64,000 nt of DNA from Chloroflexota bacterium (GCA_016190755.1 JACPPY010000053.1:10531-74530); one strand, 5' to 3'; shown: positions 1 through 10,790, numbered from the stretch's first letter. The notes: generated from the sequence alone by a model not told the origin. Program-made: numbers and translations.

Positions 1-490
1 CAAGTATGATCGATGGGTTGTTCACCAGCGCCCTGGCTATTGCGACTCGTTGCTGTTCGCCGCCGGAGAGCTGGTTCGGTTTGTGGCCGGCGCGTTGTCC
101 CAGTCCTACCCGTTCCAGTGCCTCCAGTGCTCGTTTCCTACCGTTGTTCCCGTCGCTTCCATAGAGCAACGGTAGACGGACATTGTCTACCGCGGATGTT
201 CGCGGAAGCAGGTTGAACTTTTGGAAAACGAACCCGATCTTCTTGTTCCTCACCTCAGCAAGCTGCGAGTCCGAAAGCATAGCTACCTCGACTCCATCAA
301 GCGAATAGTGCCCTGAGGTTGGCGTGTCGAGGCACCCCAATATGTTCATTAGAGTAGACTTGCCGCAGCCTGAAGGCCCCATTATGGCCACCATTTCCCC
401 TTTCTCAATGTGGCAGCTAATATTCCTGAGGGCCTGCACCTGTATCTGGTCCATCTGGTAGGTCTTGACGATCCCATGAAGCTGGATCAT
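1..490 (-). CDS. ABC transporter ATP-binding protein, MacB/LolD-like (C-terminus beyond window edge)
   Basis: Absent from the ORF track because no stop lies in the window. Reverse translation from the ATG at 490-488 gives [31 protein letters not shown] (Walker A)..[15 protein letters not shown] (ABC signature). It starts 6 nt after the adaptor gene stop. Confidence 0.85.
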   Translation of the reverse strand, partial: MIQLHGIVKTYQMDQIQVQALRNISCHIEKGEMVAIMGPSGCGKSTLMNILGCLDTPTSGHYSLDGVEVAMLSDSQLAEVRNKKIGFVFQKFNLLPRTSAVDNVRLPLLYGSDGNNGRKRALEALERVGLGQRAGHKPNQLSGGEQQRVAIARALVNNPSIIL

Positions 491-495
491 GTTCT

Positions 496-2304
496 CTATC
501 TGCCTCCGATGACTCTCATGATGCCACCACCGGGAATCGGTCCACCGAAGAACCGTTGCTGGCTTGAGCCGCTGGTGTCTACCAGGACCATATCGCCCTG
601 ACTAATCCCCTCGACGATCTGTGTTCGGCTGTCATCACTAAGCCCCAGAGTTACCGGTTTTGTCTGAGACTGTCCGTTGACCACGACCGTAACTGTTGGA
701 TTGCGGCTGTTGCCGCCTACGGCACGATTCGGGACTACAAGTACGTTGTTCGCCTGCTGCACCACCAGCGTGACCGTCGCTGTCATACCCGTCCTGAGAA
801 CAGAGCCCGCAGGGGGTGTTACCTGTACGTTGATGGGATAAGAGACTACTCCGGAGGTGTTCTTCCCCTGGATGGCGATGGTTGATACGACACCCGCTAC
901 GGGCACACCCGGGAGGCTGTCAAGGGTAATGGTGGCACGCTGGCCTTGCTTCACTCTTGATATGTCGACTTCGCTGACGACGGCATCGATCTGAGGTGTG
1001 GTCGTATCCACGATGGAGATAGCTACCGCATTGGCATTAACGGTCTGGCCGACCTTAATGTTGACAGTCGATACTACCCCATCGAATGGCGCCGGCATAG
1101 TCGCGGATATTAGCTTCTCCTGGGCATCATCCAACGCCGCTTTTGCGTTATCCATCTGGAGTTGCTTCAGGGCAACCTCGTCCGCGTTTGCTCCAGCCTG
1201 CAACGCGGCCAGGGTTTCCTGGGCTTGATTGAGGCTGACGCGAGAGCTAGCAACATTTAACTGCAACTGGGCCAGCGTGACTGGGTTAACTGTTTGTACA
1301 TCAAGCAGGTCCTGCTTGGCCTGGCTCAGCGCCAGTTGTTTCTGGGCCACCACCAGTGGATCAGGGCTCTGTGCGTTGAGCAAGTCCTTTTGCGCTTGGG
1401 TAAGCGCCGTCTGGGCATTGCTTACCGCAACCTGCGTCCTGGAGAGGTCCGCCTCGGATGGGCCGGCGAGTAGCTTTTCCAGCGCTTGCTCCGCAGCTTG
1501 AAGGTTTACCAGTGCCATTTGTGCTGCTGCTTGCTTCACAGAATCATCCGGAAATTTTGTCGCAGCGTCCGATGCCGCACCGTAGTTGGCTTGGGCCTGC
1601 GCCACCGTTGCTTGTGCCTTTGCAACGTCAAAGGCACTTGGTCCTGCCTGCAATGTGGTCAGGACATCCTGGGCGCTCTGGAGGTTGAGCTGCGCGGTGG
1701 TCACTGCGTTCTGGCGCGTCGTAATCACGAGGGGGTCGGGGGTCATGGCCACGGACAACGCATTCTGGGCCGAATCCACGGCAGCCTTTTTGACTGCCAC
1801 CACCCAAACGTCGGGCGTCTTTCCGTCCTGTTGCGCTTGCAGGGCTTTGTTCAGATTGGCTGTCGCCAGAGCGACCGACGCCGATGCTTTGGTGAGGTCG
1901 TCTGCCGCATAGTGGTTTTGAGCATTTATCAGATTGGTCTGGGCGGTTTTCAAATTAAATGTCGCTTGGGCCACCGCGCGCTGCAAATCTACTGAGTCGA
2001 TGGCAGCCAGTGACTGGCCTTTTTTGACGCTGTCACCGACGTTGACGTTCACTTTGAGGACCGTGGATGCAGTGCCGAAGGTGAGATCAGCGGAGTTAGG
2101 AAAGCTCAAACTCCCGTTGGCGCTAATGGCGTTCACTACGTTGCCGTACTGCACGGCGACCAATTGCGTATTTGCCGGCAATGCGGCGGCCTTGGCGTTA
2201 GACGCCTGGTGGCGCCAGCCGTAAACACCACCACCGGTACCAAGAAATACAATGATCAGGAGAAACGTCTGCCATGCCTTTATGCCTTTCATATCTGAGA
2301 ACAC
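496..2304 (-). CDS. HlyD/MacA-type membrane-fusion (periplasmic adaptor) protein with very long coiled-coil
   Basis: 602 aa. N-terminal TM anchor (WQTFLLIIVFLGTGGGVYGW), lipoyl-like half-motifs (GDSVKKGQSLAAID .. FDGVVSTVNIKVGQTV), a roughly 330-residue Ala/Gln/Leu-rich helical region, and a beta-barrel C-terminus. Sits directly upstream of the ABC ATPase. Confidence 0.75.
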   Translation of the reverse strand: MFSDMKGIKAWQTFLLIIVFLGTGGGVYGWRHQASNAKAAALPANTQLVAVQYGNVVNAISANGSLSFPNSADLTFGTASTVLKVNVNVGDSVKKGQSLAAIDSVDLQRAVAQATFNLKTAQTNLINAQNHYAADDLTKASASVALATANLNKALQAQQDGKTPDVWVVAVKKAAVDSAQNALSVAMTPDPLVITTRQNAVTTAQLNLQSAQDVLTTLQAGPSAFDVAKAQATVAQAQANYGAASDAATKFPDDSVKQAAAQMALVNLQAAEQALEKLLAGPSEADLSRTQVAVSNAQTALTQAQKDLLNAQSPDPLVVAQKQLALSQAKQDLLDVQTVNPVTLAQLQLNVASSRVSLNQAQETLAALQAGANADEVALKQLQMDNAKAALDDAQEKLISATMPAPFDGVVSTVNIKVGQTVNANAVAISIVDTTTPQIDAVVSEVDISRVKQGQRATITLDSLPGVPVAGVVSTIAIQGKNTSGVVSYPINVQVTPPAGSVLRTGMTATVTLVVQQANNVLVVPNRAVGGNSRNPTVTVVVNGQSQTKPVTLGLSDDSRTQIVEGISQGDMVLVDTSGSSQQRFFGGPIPGGGIMRVIGGR

Positions 2305-2339
2305 GCCTCCTCATATCGTTTTCCGTCTGTCGCCGGGTA

Positions 2340-3683
2340 TCAGGCTAGTTTGCCAACCGCCTCGGGCATATTGAAAGAGAAACGGCTACCCTTTCCGACT
2401 TCGCTCTGCACCTTCACCGTACCGCCGTGGGCCTCTACCAATCTCTTCACTATGGTCAGCCCAAGGCCGGAGCCACCAGTTTCCCTGTTCCTGGAGCGAT
2501 CGACACGATAGAAACGTTCGAATACGTGAGGCAGGTACTCCGCGGGGATACCTTCGCCCGTATCACTTACAGCTACCTCCGCATAGCCACCGATCTCCCT
2601 TGTCGAGACAGTTATCACACCACCACGTGGTGTATGTGTGACCGCATTGGCCAGCAGATTGCGTAGCACCTGTCCTATGCGCCGTGAGTCTATGAGGCAC
2701 AAGGGCAACTCGGAGGCCAGGTCCAGGTTCAGGGACAAGCCGCTGTTGTCCAGCCTGGGCTGGATTGCTACAGCCGCTCCCTTGACGCATTCATTGACGT
2801 CCTGCGGTTGAAGGAACAGATCAAGCTTCCCGGCATCGGCCAGTGAAAGCTCCTGCAGGTCGTCCAGGAGTTTCGTCATGGCCACAGCCTCCTCGTGAAG
2901 CGACTGTATAGCTGCGGCATCAGGTTGCGCCACCCCATCCCTGAAGGCTTCCAGGTATCCGCGAATATTGGACAAGGGGGTCCTCAGCTCATGAGCGGCG
3001 TCGCTCACCATGTCGCGCCTCAGCGTCTCCGCGCGCGCCAGGTCGTCGGCCATCAAGTTGAAGGAACGTCCCAGCTCAGCTATCTCATCGTTGCCGCGGA
3101 CTGTCACGCGATGTTTAAAATCCCCCTGCCCCATGCGCCTAGCGGCCGCCGCGATGGCATGGACAGGAGCTGAAATCCTGCGGGACAGGAAGAATGTGAA
3201 CACCATGGCCGCCGCGACCGCCATCAGACCACCCAGCACCAGGAACCGGTTCACCGACGACACCAGGCTTTGTACCGAGTCATCGTTCGCTTCAGGATTA
3301 ACATACACCGTACCAATGACAACGGGGCCCCGCCTCAGCAGCTGGCCAGATGCCGCCCAGCGTGGGTCGTTCTGCTTCCCCAAGAGACTCCGTGAAGAGT
3401 CGGCCACGATCTTGCCGCCACCATCGGCCAGCACAACACGCTGGCCGTAAAGGGTGCTCAGTTGTTCTACGAACGGCTGGATATCACTCCAACCCTGTCT
3501 CTGGACATAGATTTGCGTCAGGACAAACTGCACACGGGCCGAGCGTGTCTCGTTGCTGCTACGTTGGTACTGGTGTATCTCGCTGGTTGCGCTTCTGGCC
3601 ACAAAAACGGAGACGGCACCAATGGCCACGAATATCACTATTGTGAAGGCCAGAAGCAGGCGAAAATGGAGGCTCCGGATCAT
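2340..3683 (-). CDS. sensor histidine kinase (TM-HAMP-HisKA-HATPase_c)
   Basis: 447 aa. Two TM segments, HAMP ([12 protein letters not shown]), H-box [15 protein letters not shown]-box [13 protein letters not shown]-boxes DTGEGI and [11 protein letters not shown]. Confidence 0.85.
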   Translation of the reverse strand: MIRSLHFRLLLAFTIVIFVAIGAVSVFVARSATSEIHQYQRSSNETRSARVQFVLTQIYVQRQGWSDIQPFVEQLSTLYGQRVVLADGGGKIVADSSRSLLGKQNDPRWAASGQLLRRGPVVIGTVYVNPEANDDSVQSLVSSVNRFLVLGGLMAVAAAMVFTFFLSRRISAPVHAIAAAARRMGQGDFKHRVTVRGNDEIAELGRSFNLMADDLARAETLRRDMVSDAAHELRTPLSNIRGYLEAFRDGVAQPDAAAIQSLHEEAVAMTKLLDDLQELSLADAGKLDLFLQPQDVNECVKGAAVAIQPRLDNSGLSLNLDLASELPLCLIDSRRIGQVLRNLLANAVTHTPRGGVITVSTREIGGYAEVAVSDTGEGIPAEYLPHVFERFYRVDRSRNRETGGSGLGLTIVKRLVEAHGGTVKVQSEVGKGSRFSFNMPEAVGKLA

Positions 3684-4375
3684 TCTCCTCCTCCATCAAA
3701 CTTATAACCCGCTCCGTAGACTGTTTTGATGTACCTGGGGTGTTCGGGATCCGGCTCTATCTTACGACGCAGGTTAAGCACATGCACGTCGACAGTGCGG
3801 TCGAAACCCTCGAAATCGTAGCCAAAGACCTTTTCGATTAGCCTGGCACGGCTGAACACAACCCCGGGCTCTCTGGCCAGAACACCGAGCAGGCGAAACT
3901 CCATAGGCGTCAGCCTAAGAAGCTTACCGTCCAGCGTCGCCTCGTGGGCATCGAAGTTCATCCTGAGCTTCCCGCGCACGACCTCTTTAGGACCGACGTT
4001 CACGGATTCGGTAGTCCGCCGCAGCACTGCGCGCACCCTGGCTGCAAGCTCACGGGGACTGAAGGGCTTGGTGACGTAGTCGTCGGCACCGGTTTCCAGG
4101 CCAAGTAGCTTATCCTGTTCGGTCGTCTTGGCCGTGAGCATGATCACGGGCACGTCGGACTTGGCCCGCAGCGTGCGGCAGACTTGCAGCCCATCCATCC
4201 CCGGGAGCATCAGGTCCAGTACGATCAGGTCCGGGTGGACCTCCCGCGCCAGTCTCACTGCCTCGTTCCCATCATAAGCAGCATATACCTTGTAACCATC
4301 GCGGCTCAGGTACAGCTTTATCAACTCGACAATCTTGACGTCGTCATCAACTATCAGGATTCGCTTGCCGGTCAT
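3680..4375 (-). CDS. OmpR/PhoB-family response regulator
   Basis: 231 aa. Receiver domain ([26 protein letters not shown]) plus a winged-helix C-terminus ([12 protein letters not shown]). Overlaps the kinase gene by 4 nt. Confidence 0.9.
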   Translation of the reverse strand: MTGKRILIVDDDVKIVELIKLYLSRDGYKVYAAYDGNEAVRLAREVHPDLIVLDLMLPGMDGLQVCRTLRAKSDVPVIMLTAKTTEQDKLLGLETGADDYVTKPFSPRELAARVRAVLRRTTESVNVGPKEVVRGKLRMNFDAHEATLDGKLLRLTPMEFRLLGVLAREPGVVFSRARLIEKVFGYDFEGFDRTVDVHVLNLRRKIEPDPEHPRYIKTVYGAGYKFDGGGE

Positions 4376-4513
4376 ACACGATCCTCAACGGCTTTCGGTA
4401 AATTATATTACGTCCCAATTGTTTAAAACCTGTTAAGAATGCCTGTGGTCCTCCAGGTAGACAATGGCAGGCCCACCCGCTAGACTTTGGGCCAAAAACC
4501 GAGGAGGACTCCC

Positions 4514-5311
4514 TTGTCGAAGTTCGAGTACATCTTGTACCAGAAAGAACATGGCGTTGCCACTGTTACGCTCAACCGGCCGGACAGAATGAATGCCTTT
4601 ATCCTCCCGATGCTCGATGAACTGCAAGAGGCATTCACCGCGGCAAGCGCGGACAATGAGGTACGGGTGTTGGTAATCACTGGTGCAGGGCGAGGCTTCT
4701 GTTCTGGCGCCGATGTTGCCGCATTGAAGGATACAGACTCCTTCTATCGGCTGCTGACAACCAGGCTGCCAGCCGCCGGTGGAGTTTCCGTATTCTCACT
4801 CCAGCTGCAAAACTTCGAGAAACCCACCATAGCAGCCATGAACGGCCCGGCCGTGGGAGCCGGGTTCTCTCTGGCGCTGGCCTGTGATATTCGTATAGCA
4901 TCCGAAAAGGCCACTTTCGCCCAACTTTTCGCGCTCAGAGGCCTCGCACCGGACTGCGGTTCAAGCTATTGGCTCCCCAGGACCATAGGCCTGGCGGCGG
5001 CCTGCGAAATGGTGTTCACCGGAGAGACCATAAGCGCCCAGCAGGCCAGGGAAATGCACCTTGTCAGCCGGGTCGTGCCGCCAGATGACCTGATGCCAAC
5101 TGTGATGGAGCTATCCCGGAAGATCGTCAGAGCCGCCCCCCTGGCCATAAGGCTGGCGAAGAAGGCCCTTTACCGAGGCGCCGTGTCCGACCTGGGTTCA
5201 GCCGTAGAGTTCGAAGGATACATGCAGGGCATTTGCTTCAACAGCGAGGATTTCCGGGAAGGCTTGAACGCCTTTGCCGAGAAGAGGGCGCCGCAGTTTA
5301 AGGGAAGATAG
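4514..5311 (+). CDS. enoyl-CoA hydratase/isomerase (crotonase) family protein
   Basis: VATVTLNRPDRMNAF .. VLVITGAGRGFCSGADV .. IAAMNGPAVGAGFSLALACD. Start set at TTG 4514, 6 nt after GAGGAGG (4501-4507); the ORF track opens at 4487. Confidence 0.8.
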   Translation: MSKFEYILYQKEHGVATVTLNRPDRMNAFILPMLDELQEAFTAASADNEVRVLVITGAGRGFCSGADVAALKDTDSFYRLLTTRLPAAGGVSVFSLQLQNFEKPTIAAMNGPAVGAGFSLALACDIRIASEKATFAQLFALRGLAPDCGSSYWLPRTIGLAAACEMVFTGETISAQQAREMHLVSRVVPPDDLMPTVMELSRKIVRAAPLAIRLAKKALYRGAVSDLGSAVEFEGYMQGICFNSEDFREGLNAFAEKRAPQFKGR

Positions 5312-5551
5312 GGGCCTTTCCGTTATCCCTGAGCCAACCGCCAGTCCAGATATGGTTTAGAAAAGAATGTTTTTGAAACACCCGAGATGGGAATGAAAAG
5401 GTCCAGGGGAACTCGGCTCTATTACACAGAGGGAGCGCACCTCTATTCATGTGACAACGGAAAGACCCTGCAGGGAAATAGGCCGGGTTTGCCCGGAACA
5501 TGTGGAGAGGAGTAGTATTCAAATTTGGGTCTCGATATGAATGCGTGAAAT

Positions 5552-6697
5552 ATGAACCTGCAAAACAACTCCCTCGGCCTGCGCCTAGCGGCCATAAACT
5601 TCTTGCTGAACTTATCGTTTGAGTCGTCCGGATTGCTTCTACCGCTGTACGCGAACGATATGGGTGCTTCCAAGTTCACTATCGGGCTCATTATCTCGGC
5701 TCACGGCATGTCTTTCTTTATTTCGTCCTTCGTTTTCGGCCGGCAAGCCGACATCCGAGGGAGAACGGTTTTCGTCCGCCTCGGATTGGGTGCTGTGGCC
5801 GTAGCGTACCTTCTCCAATCGGTCGTAAGCAGTCCGGCGATGCTGCTTGCCGCCAGGGCATTTGTCGGGCTAAGCCTGGGCATATGCACTTCCGCCCTGA
5901 CGGCCTACGTCTACGAGTCGGAGGGCCACATCGGCAAGTTCTCTTCATATGGTGCGCTAGGCTGGGTCGCCGGGGCTGTGTGCGCCGGAGTCTTGGGAAC
6001 CTACAGCCTGCTCTTCATGGCGAGCAGCGCCGCCTCAGGAGTCGCCTTCCTGATGGCATTGACCTTGAAGGAAACGGCAGGGAAACACTCAAACGTGGCT
6101 GTACTTCCCTGGAAAATCCTGCGCGAGAACCGGAAGCTGTACCTGGCTTTCTTGCTCAGACAGATAGGTGCGCAGGCGGCGTGGTCCGTCTCGCCACTGT
6201 TCATGGCCAGCATCGGGGCCAGCAAGTCCTGGATCGCCGTAATGAGCGGAATCAACACAGGCGGCCAATTCGTCGCCTTGCGGTTCGCCGACCGGTTCAA
6301 CCCGGTGAGCATGGTGACGGTTGGTCTCCTTGGTTCAGTGGCAGTTTTCGCCGGATACGGTACGGCCACCAATTTCATACAGCTTTTGCCGGTGCAAGTG
6401 CTCCTGGCCATATCATGGTCATGCCTCTTCATCGGGGCCATGACCCTGTTGCTGAGGAAAAACGTCGAGCACGGGACGGCCGCAGGACTGCTTTACTCGA
6501 TGACTCAGCTATCTGCCGGGGTAGGACCCTTCCTCGGCGGGGCCATGGCGCAGGCCTGGGGATTCAACTTACTTATGTATGCCTCCTCGGCGCTCTCCTT
6601 CGTTAGCTTCCTGACATCGCGCGGCCTGGAGAAGCGCACCAGGAGCCAGCCAGCCAGCACAGCCGCCACCACTCCAGGTAACAGGATCAAGGGGTAA
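5552..6697 (+). CDS. MFS transporter
   Basis: 381 aa, about 12 hydrophobic segments, with an MFS-like loop motif FGRQADIRGR after TM2. Confidence 0.7.
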   Translation: MNLQNNSLGLRLAAINFLLNLSFESSGLLLPLYANDMGASKFTIGLIISAHGMSFFISSFVFGRQADIRGRTVFVRLGLGAVAVAYLLQSVVSSPAMLLAARAFVGLSLGICTSALTAYVYESEGHIGKFSSYGALGWVAGAVCAGVLGTYSLLFMASSAASGVAFLMALTLKETAGKHSNVAVLPWKILRENRKLYLAFLLRQIGAQAAWSVSPLFMASIGASKSWIAVMSGINTGGQFVALRFADRFNPVSMVTVGLLGSVAVFAGYGTATNFIQLLPVQVLLAISWSCLFIGAMTLLLRKNVEHGTAAGLLYSMTQLSAGVGPFLGGAMAQAWGFNLLMYASSALSFVSFLTSRGLEKRTRSQPASTAATTPGNRIKG

Positions 6698-6899
6698 TGT
6701 TACGCGTGGCCCTGGCCGAAGTCCCTGCATGGGATGTGTAATATGCGGCGTCTATGAGCCGCCAGACGAACGTGCCGCCAAGGGTTATCAGCTTCAGGAC
6801 CCCCAGGCCTGTCTGGCCCTTGTAAAACCTATCAGCACCCAAGTATCCCAGAGTCCAGGACAATATCATGACGACATGGTCGAACGTGAGTTTCCCCAT
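6687..6899 (-). CDS. TM2 domain-containing small membrane protein
   Basis: LGYLGADRFYKGQTGLGVLKLITLGG matches the TM2-domain pattern as I recall it. ATG at 6899 chosen; the ORF opens at 6923. Its 3' end overlaps the MFS gene convergently by 11 nt. Confidence 0.55.
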   Translation of the reverse strand: MGKLTFDHVVMILSWTLGYLGADRFYKGQTGLGVLKLITLGGTFVWRLIDAAYYTSHAGTSARATRNITP

Positions 6900-6971
6900 G
6901 CGATGCACCCTCCTTGACCACATAAACTCAGGCCCAACTGCCAGATCGCGCCCTATTCTGCTTCTGCCGAC

Positions 6972-7622
6972 TCATGCGGCCAGGCTAAAGGGTGGGTATC
7001 GGTCAGTCGTGAGAAGGAAGGCGTATGCCTCCACCCTGAGTGACCACCGGACCACGCCAACAACGAAGTCAAACAGGGACCTGGGATACCGCCTGCTGAA
7101 GAGTATTGCGAACCAGGCGAAAATAGTACAAAAGAAGGCGGCGATGAAGAGGAAGGCAAGAACGATGTAATGTGGTATTGCCAGGAACCACTTCACCAGA
7201 GGCAGCCAGCGGTTTAATTCCGTTCCGACATCCGGATACGGTATAGTGGTGTGCACCGCCTGCTCCTCGTCTGTCGAAGGGTACTCATCCCTGAGCAGCG
7301 CCAGGTAGGAACCGACACGCAGTCCGAAGCGAGTCAAACCCACATTCCAGTCGTACCACCACCGTGGATACTTCCGACGGAAGAGGATCATGAGTATCGT
7401 GGCTATGAAGACCACCCCGCCGCCAGCCAATTGAAAAGTAGTGCGCCGCATGACTCCCCGATCGGTAGTTTCCCAATTGAAATCTGCGCCAATGACCAGG
7501 GCCAGTATGATAGCAATTGGTATGATGGTGAATATCCTGAAGAAAGTGGTCAGTCGATTGAGGTCCCTTTCGGGATAATCGACCGACATCGTTACCGGAT
7601 AGGAGCCTGTGGGTCCGATCAT
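6972..7622 (-). CDS. DUF4389-like integral membrane protein
   Basis: 216 aa with two repeats of the pattern ..R(L/W)..F.R.F..IPh.I.L.. (LNRLTTFFRIFTIIPIAIILA and LNRWLPLVKWFLAIPHYIVLA) and YPPFSL at the C-terminus. Family assignment is from memory. Confidence 0.55.
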   Translation of the reverse strand: MIGPTGSYPVTMSVDYPERDLNRLTTFFRIFTIIPIAIILALVIGADFNWETTDRGVMRRTTFQLAGGGVVFIATILMILFRRKYPRWWYDWNVGLTRFGLRVGSYLALLRDEYPSTDEEQAVHTTIPYPDVGTELNRWLPLVKWFLAIPHYIVLAFLFIAAFFCTIFAWFAILFSRRYPRSLFDFVVGVVRWSLRVEAYAFLLTTDRYPPFSLAA

Positions 7623-7751
7623 CGAGTACCTCCCTGAGGTCTCTTATAACTACAGGCATCCGCCTGCCTCGACCCTGCTGAACAGATGTCTGTCCGGAGT
7701 AGTCCTCCGCGACACCAAGAGAACAGGAAACAGAGGCCGATGAAAGGTCGC

Positions 7752-7940
7752 CTAGACCTTGGCTTTGTTCAATGTGCGCAGGCAGCGCGTGCAGATATTG
7801 ACCCGCACCTGCCGCCCGTCTACAGTTATCGTCGTGCGGTGCGTGTTTGCCTGCCACGAGCGTTTGGTGTGACGCTTTGAGTGGCTCACATTGAAGCCGT
7901 ACATACGGCTCTTGCCGCAAACTTGACACATTCCTGGCAA
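7752..7940 (-). CDS. rpmB: 50S ribosomal protein bL28
   Basis: MCQVCGKSRMYGFNVSHSKRHTKRSWQAN..RVCTRCLRT is the Zn-ribbon form of L28. TTG at 7940 has GGGG 8 nt upstream. ATG 7931 and the ORF-track start 7997 are alternatives. Confidence 0.8.
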   Translation of the reverse strand: MPGMCQVCGKSRMYGFNVSHSKRHTKRSWQANTHRTTITVDGRQVRVNICTRCLRTLNKAKV

Positions 7941-8166
7941 TCTGGGTACCCCTTTTTTCGCCTGACAGACCCCTGGGGTCGCAGGGGTCGTTTTCACCCC
8001 TTGTTGGCGTCTTGCTTTGATGTTAAAATGCGACCACTATGATACTACACTCCCGGCCAATACACAAACCTCACGAATTCACGACATACCTTTTAGACCT
8101 ATCATAATATTATAGTTGGGGGTCCCCTCGGTGAGGACCAAGCAGAAAACGGTAGAGTTGAAGGCC

Positions 8167-9798
8167 ATGCAGTCGGATTGCATCACCGGACAGCAATTCC
8201 GGGAGATGATGGCAGCCGGCACGGCCTGGCTGGAGAAGAGCGCAGCCGACGTCGATGCCATCAACGTGTTCCCCGTTCCTGACGGAGATACAGGTACCAA
8301 CATGTCGCTTACCATGCGCTCCGCCGTGGAGGAGGCCTACCGGGCCCAGGACGATACCATCGACAGCATCGCCAAGGCCATGGCGCACGGCGCGTTGATG
8401 GGCGCAAGGGGCAACTCCGGTGTTATCCTGTCTCAGATTTTCCGCGGCATCTCGCGCTCGTTTCAGAACCGGGAAACGTCCTGCGGAGAGGATATCGCGT
8501 TGGCCCTGCGCAACGGCGCCGAAGATGCCTACAAGGGTCTGGCTCGGCCGGTCGAAGGCACAATGCTCACGGTAATACGTGACGCGTCAAATAGCGCGTC
8601 AGCGGCTTCCGATCATGGCGGCGGTGTTGCCACGGTTATGCAGGCTGCAGTCGAAGGCGCTCGGGAGTCCGTGGCAAAGACTCCGTCCTTACTGCCAGCT
8701 TTACGCGAGGCTGGAGTGGTAGATGCCGGAGGGCAAGGCCTCTTCATAATTTTCGAAGGAGCGCTGCATTACCTTAAGGGCGAGACGGAGCAGATGCAAT
8801 ACCGTAAGCCCAGTCTCGTCCAGAGTGCTGTCCCGCTGGCCATGAGTATGGAAACCCTTTCCAGTGAGAATGAAGAGCCGTACGGCTATTGCACCGAGTT
8901 CATGATCGAGGGCGATCAACTGAAGCCAGACAAGGTGAAAAGACGCCTGATGAAGAAAGGCCAGTCCCTGGTTGTCGTTGGTGACAATAAGGCAGTGCGA
9001 GTACACATACACACCCTGGACCCGAGCGCCGTCTTGCGCTACGGCCTATCTCAAGGGACCCTGCACCAGTTGAAGATCAACAACATGGACGACCAGCACA
9101 AGGAGTTCATGCGTTTACATCGCCAGCGGACGGGCGCCAGTCCTGAGATAGGTATAGTGGCCGTGGTCTCTGGTGAAGGATTCACTAATGTATTCCGGAG
9201 CCTGGGCGCAGCCGCAACGGTGCGGGGCGGACAGACAATGAATCCCAGCGTCAGGGATATCCTCAAAGCTATAGGTGAAGTTGCCGCCGACAAGATCATA
9301 ATCCTGCCGAATAACAAGAATATACTGCAGGCTGCGAAGCAGGTGCCCGAACTGACTTCGAAGCAGGTGCGGATAGTGCCTACCGAGTCGTTGCCACAAG
9401 GTGTCGCTGCGTTGCTCTCTTTCAACTTCGAACAGGACGTGGACAGAAACGCCGAATCCATGGCCGAGGCCGCCAGTACCGTCCGGACGATTGAGATCAC
9501 CCAGGCTGTCCGCTCGACAAAGGTGGACGGGTTGAAAGTGAGGAAAGGCGCATTCATCGGCCTTGTGGACGACAAGATGGTAACAACTGGCAACGCGCTG
9601 GACACGACGCTCCAGGAATCACTGGCCAAGGCTGACGTTGATTCAGCAGAGCTGGTGACGCTGTATTATGGGTCTGACGTAACGGAGGAGCAGGCAAAGG
9701 AGATGGCTGCAACGCTGTCTGTAGTCCATCCCAAGGTGCAATTCGAAGTGGTGAACGGCGGGCAGCCGCACTACTATTACATAGCAGCCGTGGAGTAG
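8167..9798 (+). CDS. DAK2-domain protein, YloV/FakA-like (fatty-acid kinase catalytic subunit-like)
   Basis: NVFPVPDGDTGTNM and ARGNSGVILSQ DAK2 motifs, with the long C-terminal domain typical of YloV. The rpmB / yloV / degV / recG neighbourhood is conserved. ATG 8167 chosen; the ORF opens at 8116. Confidence 0.8.
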   Translation: MQSDCITGQQFREMMAAGTAWLEKSAADVDAINVFPVPDGDTGTNMSLTMRSAVEEAYRAQDDTIDSIAKAMAHGALMGARGNSGVILSQIFRGISRSFQNRETSCGEDIALALRNGAEDAYKGLARPVEGTMLTVIRDASNSASAASDHGGGVATVMQAAVEGARESVAKTPSLLPALREAGVVDAGGQGLFIIFEGALHYLKGETEQMQYRKPSLVQSAVPLAMSMETLSSENEEPYGYCTEFMIEGDQLKPDKVKRRLMKKGQSLVVVGDNKAVRVHIHTLDPSAVLRYGLSQGTLHQLKINNMDDQHKEFMRLHRQRTGASPEIGIVAVVSGEGFTNVFRSLGAAATVRGGQTMNPSVRDILKAIGEVAADKIIILPNNKNILQAAKQVPELTSKQVRIVPTESLPQGVAALLSFNFEQDVDRNAESMAEAASTVRTIEITQAVRSTKVDGLKVRKGAFIGLVDDKMVTTGNALDTTLQESLAKADVDSAELVTLYYGSDVTEEQAKEMAATLSVVHPKVQFEVVNGGQPHYYYIAAVE

Positions 9799-9805
9799 CC
9801 GACAC

Positions 9806-10645
9806 ATGGCGCTGAAGATCGTCACTGATAGCACAGCAGACCTACCGCGCGACCTTGCGCGGCAGTTAGACATCCGTGTGGTCCCTCTAACAGTCAGGTT
9901 TGGCACCGAAACATACCTGGATGGGGTACAGCTATCCGCCGACGAGTTCTTCCGCAAGCTAGTGCAAAGTCCGGTCCTGCCAACAACAGCGGCGCCGGGA
10001 CCTGGCGTATTCAGTGAGCTTTACAACTATTTGTTGGACCAGGGCCACGAAGTGCTATCCATGCATATCTCCAGCAAGCTCAGCGCAACCTTCGGTTCAG
10101 CGGTTGCCGGCAAGAACAATCTCTCCGCTGGCAGCAAGGTTGAAGTAGTGGATACGATGTCGGTGTCCATGGGCCTTGGGCTGCTGGCGCTTCAGGCGGC
10201 AAGGGTAGCGGTAGAGGGAGCCACACTGGCTGAAGCGGTGGAACTGGTGAAGCGCAAGATGCCTGCCGTCAAACTGTATGGCGCCTTCGATACCCTGGAG
10301 TACTTGTACAAAGGCGGGCGCATCGGCCGGGCGCAGGCCCTCCTGGGATCGATGTTGAACCTGAAGCCGATGATCGTCGTACGTGACGGCGAGGTGCACC
10401 CATTAGAGCGAGTGCGTACGAGAGCAAAGGCTGTGGCCAGGCTGCGTCAACTTGTGGAGAACAGCAAAGACCCCGAGGAATTGGCCGTAATACACGCGAC
10501 CACCCCCGACGACATGGAAGACCTGTCCAAGCAAGTGGAAAAGCTCGTCCCGGGCAAGAGGGTACACCGCACCCAGTTTGGCCCGGTGCTGGGAACGTAT
10601 ACCGGTCCCGGCATACTTGCGGTCGGCCTCCTGGAAAGGCTCTAG
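9806..10645 (+). CDS. DegV-family fatty-acid-binding protein (FakB-like)
   Basis: 279 aa. KIVTDSTADLP .. FDTLEYLYKGGRIGRAQALLGSMLNLKPM. Confidence 0.85.
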   Translation: MALKIVTDSTADLPRDLARQLDIRVVPLTVRFGTETYLDGVQLSADEFFRKLVQSPVLPTTAAPGPGVFSELYNYLLDQGHEVLSMHISSKLSATFGSAVAGKNNLSAGSKVEVVDTMSVSMGLGLLALQAARVAVEGATLAEAVELVKRKMPAVKLYGAFDTLEYLYKGGRIGRAQALLGSMLNLKPMIVVRDGEVHPLERVRTRAKAVARLRQLVENSKDPEELAVIHATTPDDMEDLSKQVEKLVPGKRVHRTQFGPVLGTYTGPGILAVGLLERL

Positions 10646-10790
10646 GTCTTTCGCTGGCCTTCTGAAGGCGCTATTGCAAGATGTTCGTCCATCTACGATA
10701 CTAAGCGCGTGCCTGTTTTCGGCCATCAGATGTGTAGCTCATCAAGACCTTTGCTGAGTCTCGGGCTGTGATTCATATGAGGGTTCTGCG

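Noticed and set aside
998-2224. A stack of seven plus-strand ORFs (76-169 aa) opposite the adaptor gene.
   Set aside because: All are antisense to a well-supported HlyD-type CDS. Their translations are low-complexity Ala/Ser/Cys/Arg strings with no motifs. They are the expected by-product of the GC-rich Ala/Gln codon bias of the coiled-coil region.
5318-5464. A 9-bp inverted repeat (CTTTCCGTT ... AACGGAAAG) and an 8-mer GTGACAAC shared with the IS left end, in the crotonase-MFS spacer.
   Set aside because: The matches are short enough to arise by chance in this window (an 8-mer is expected about twice in 64 kb on both strands). The flanking bases do not extend the similarity to the IS end.
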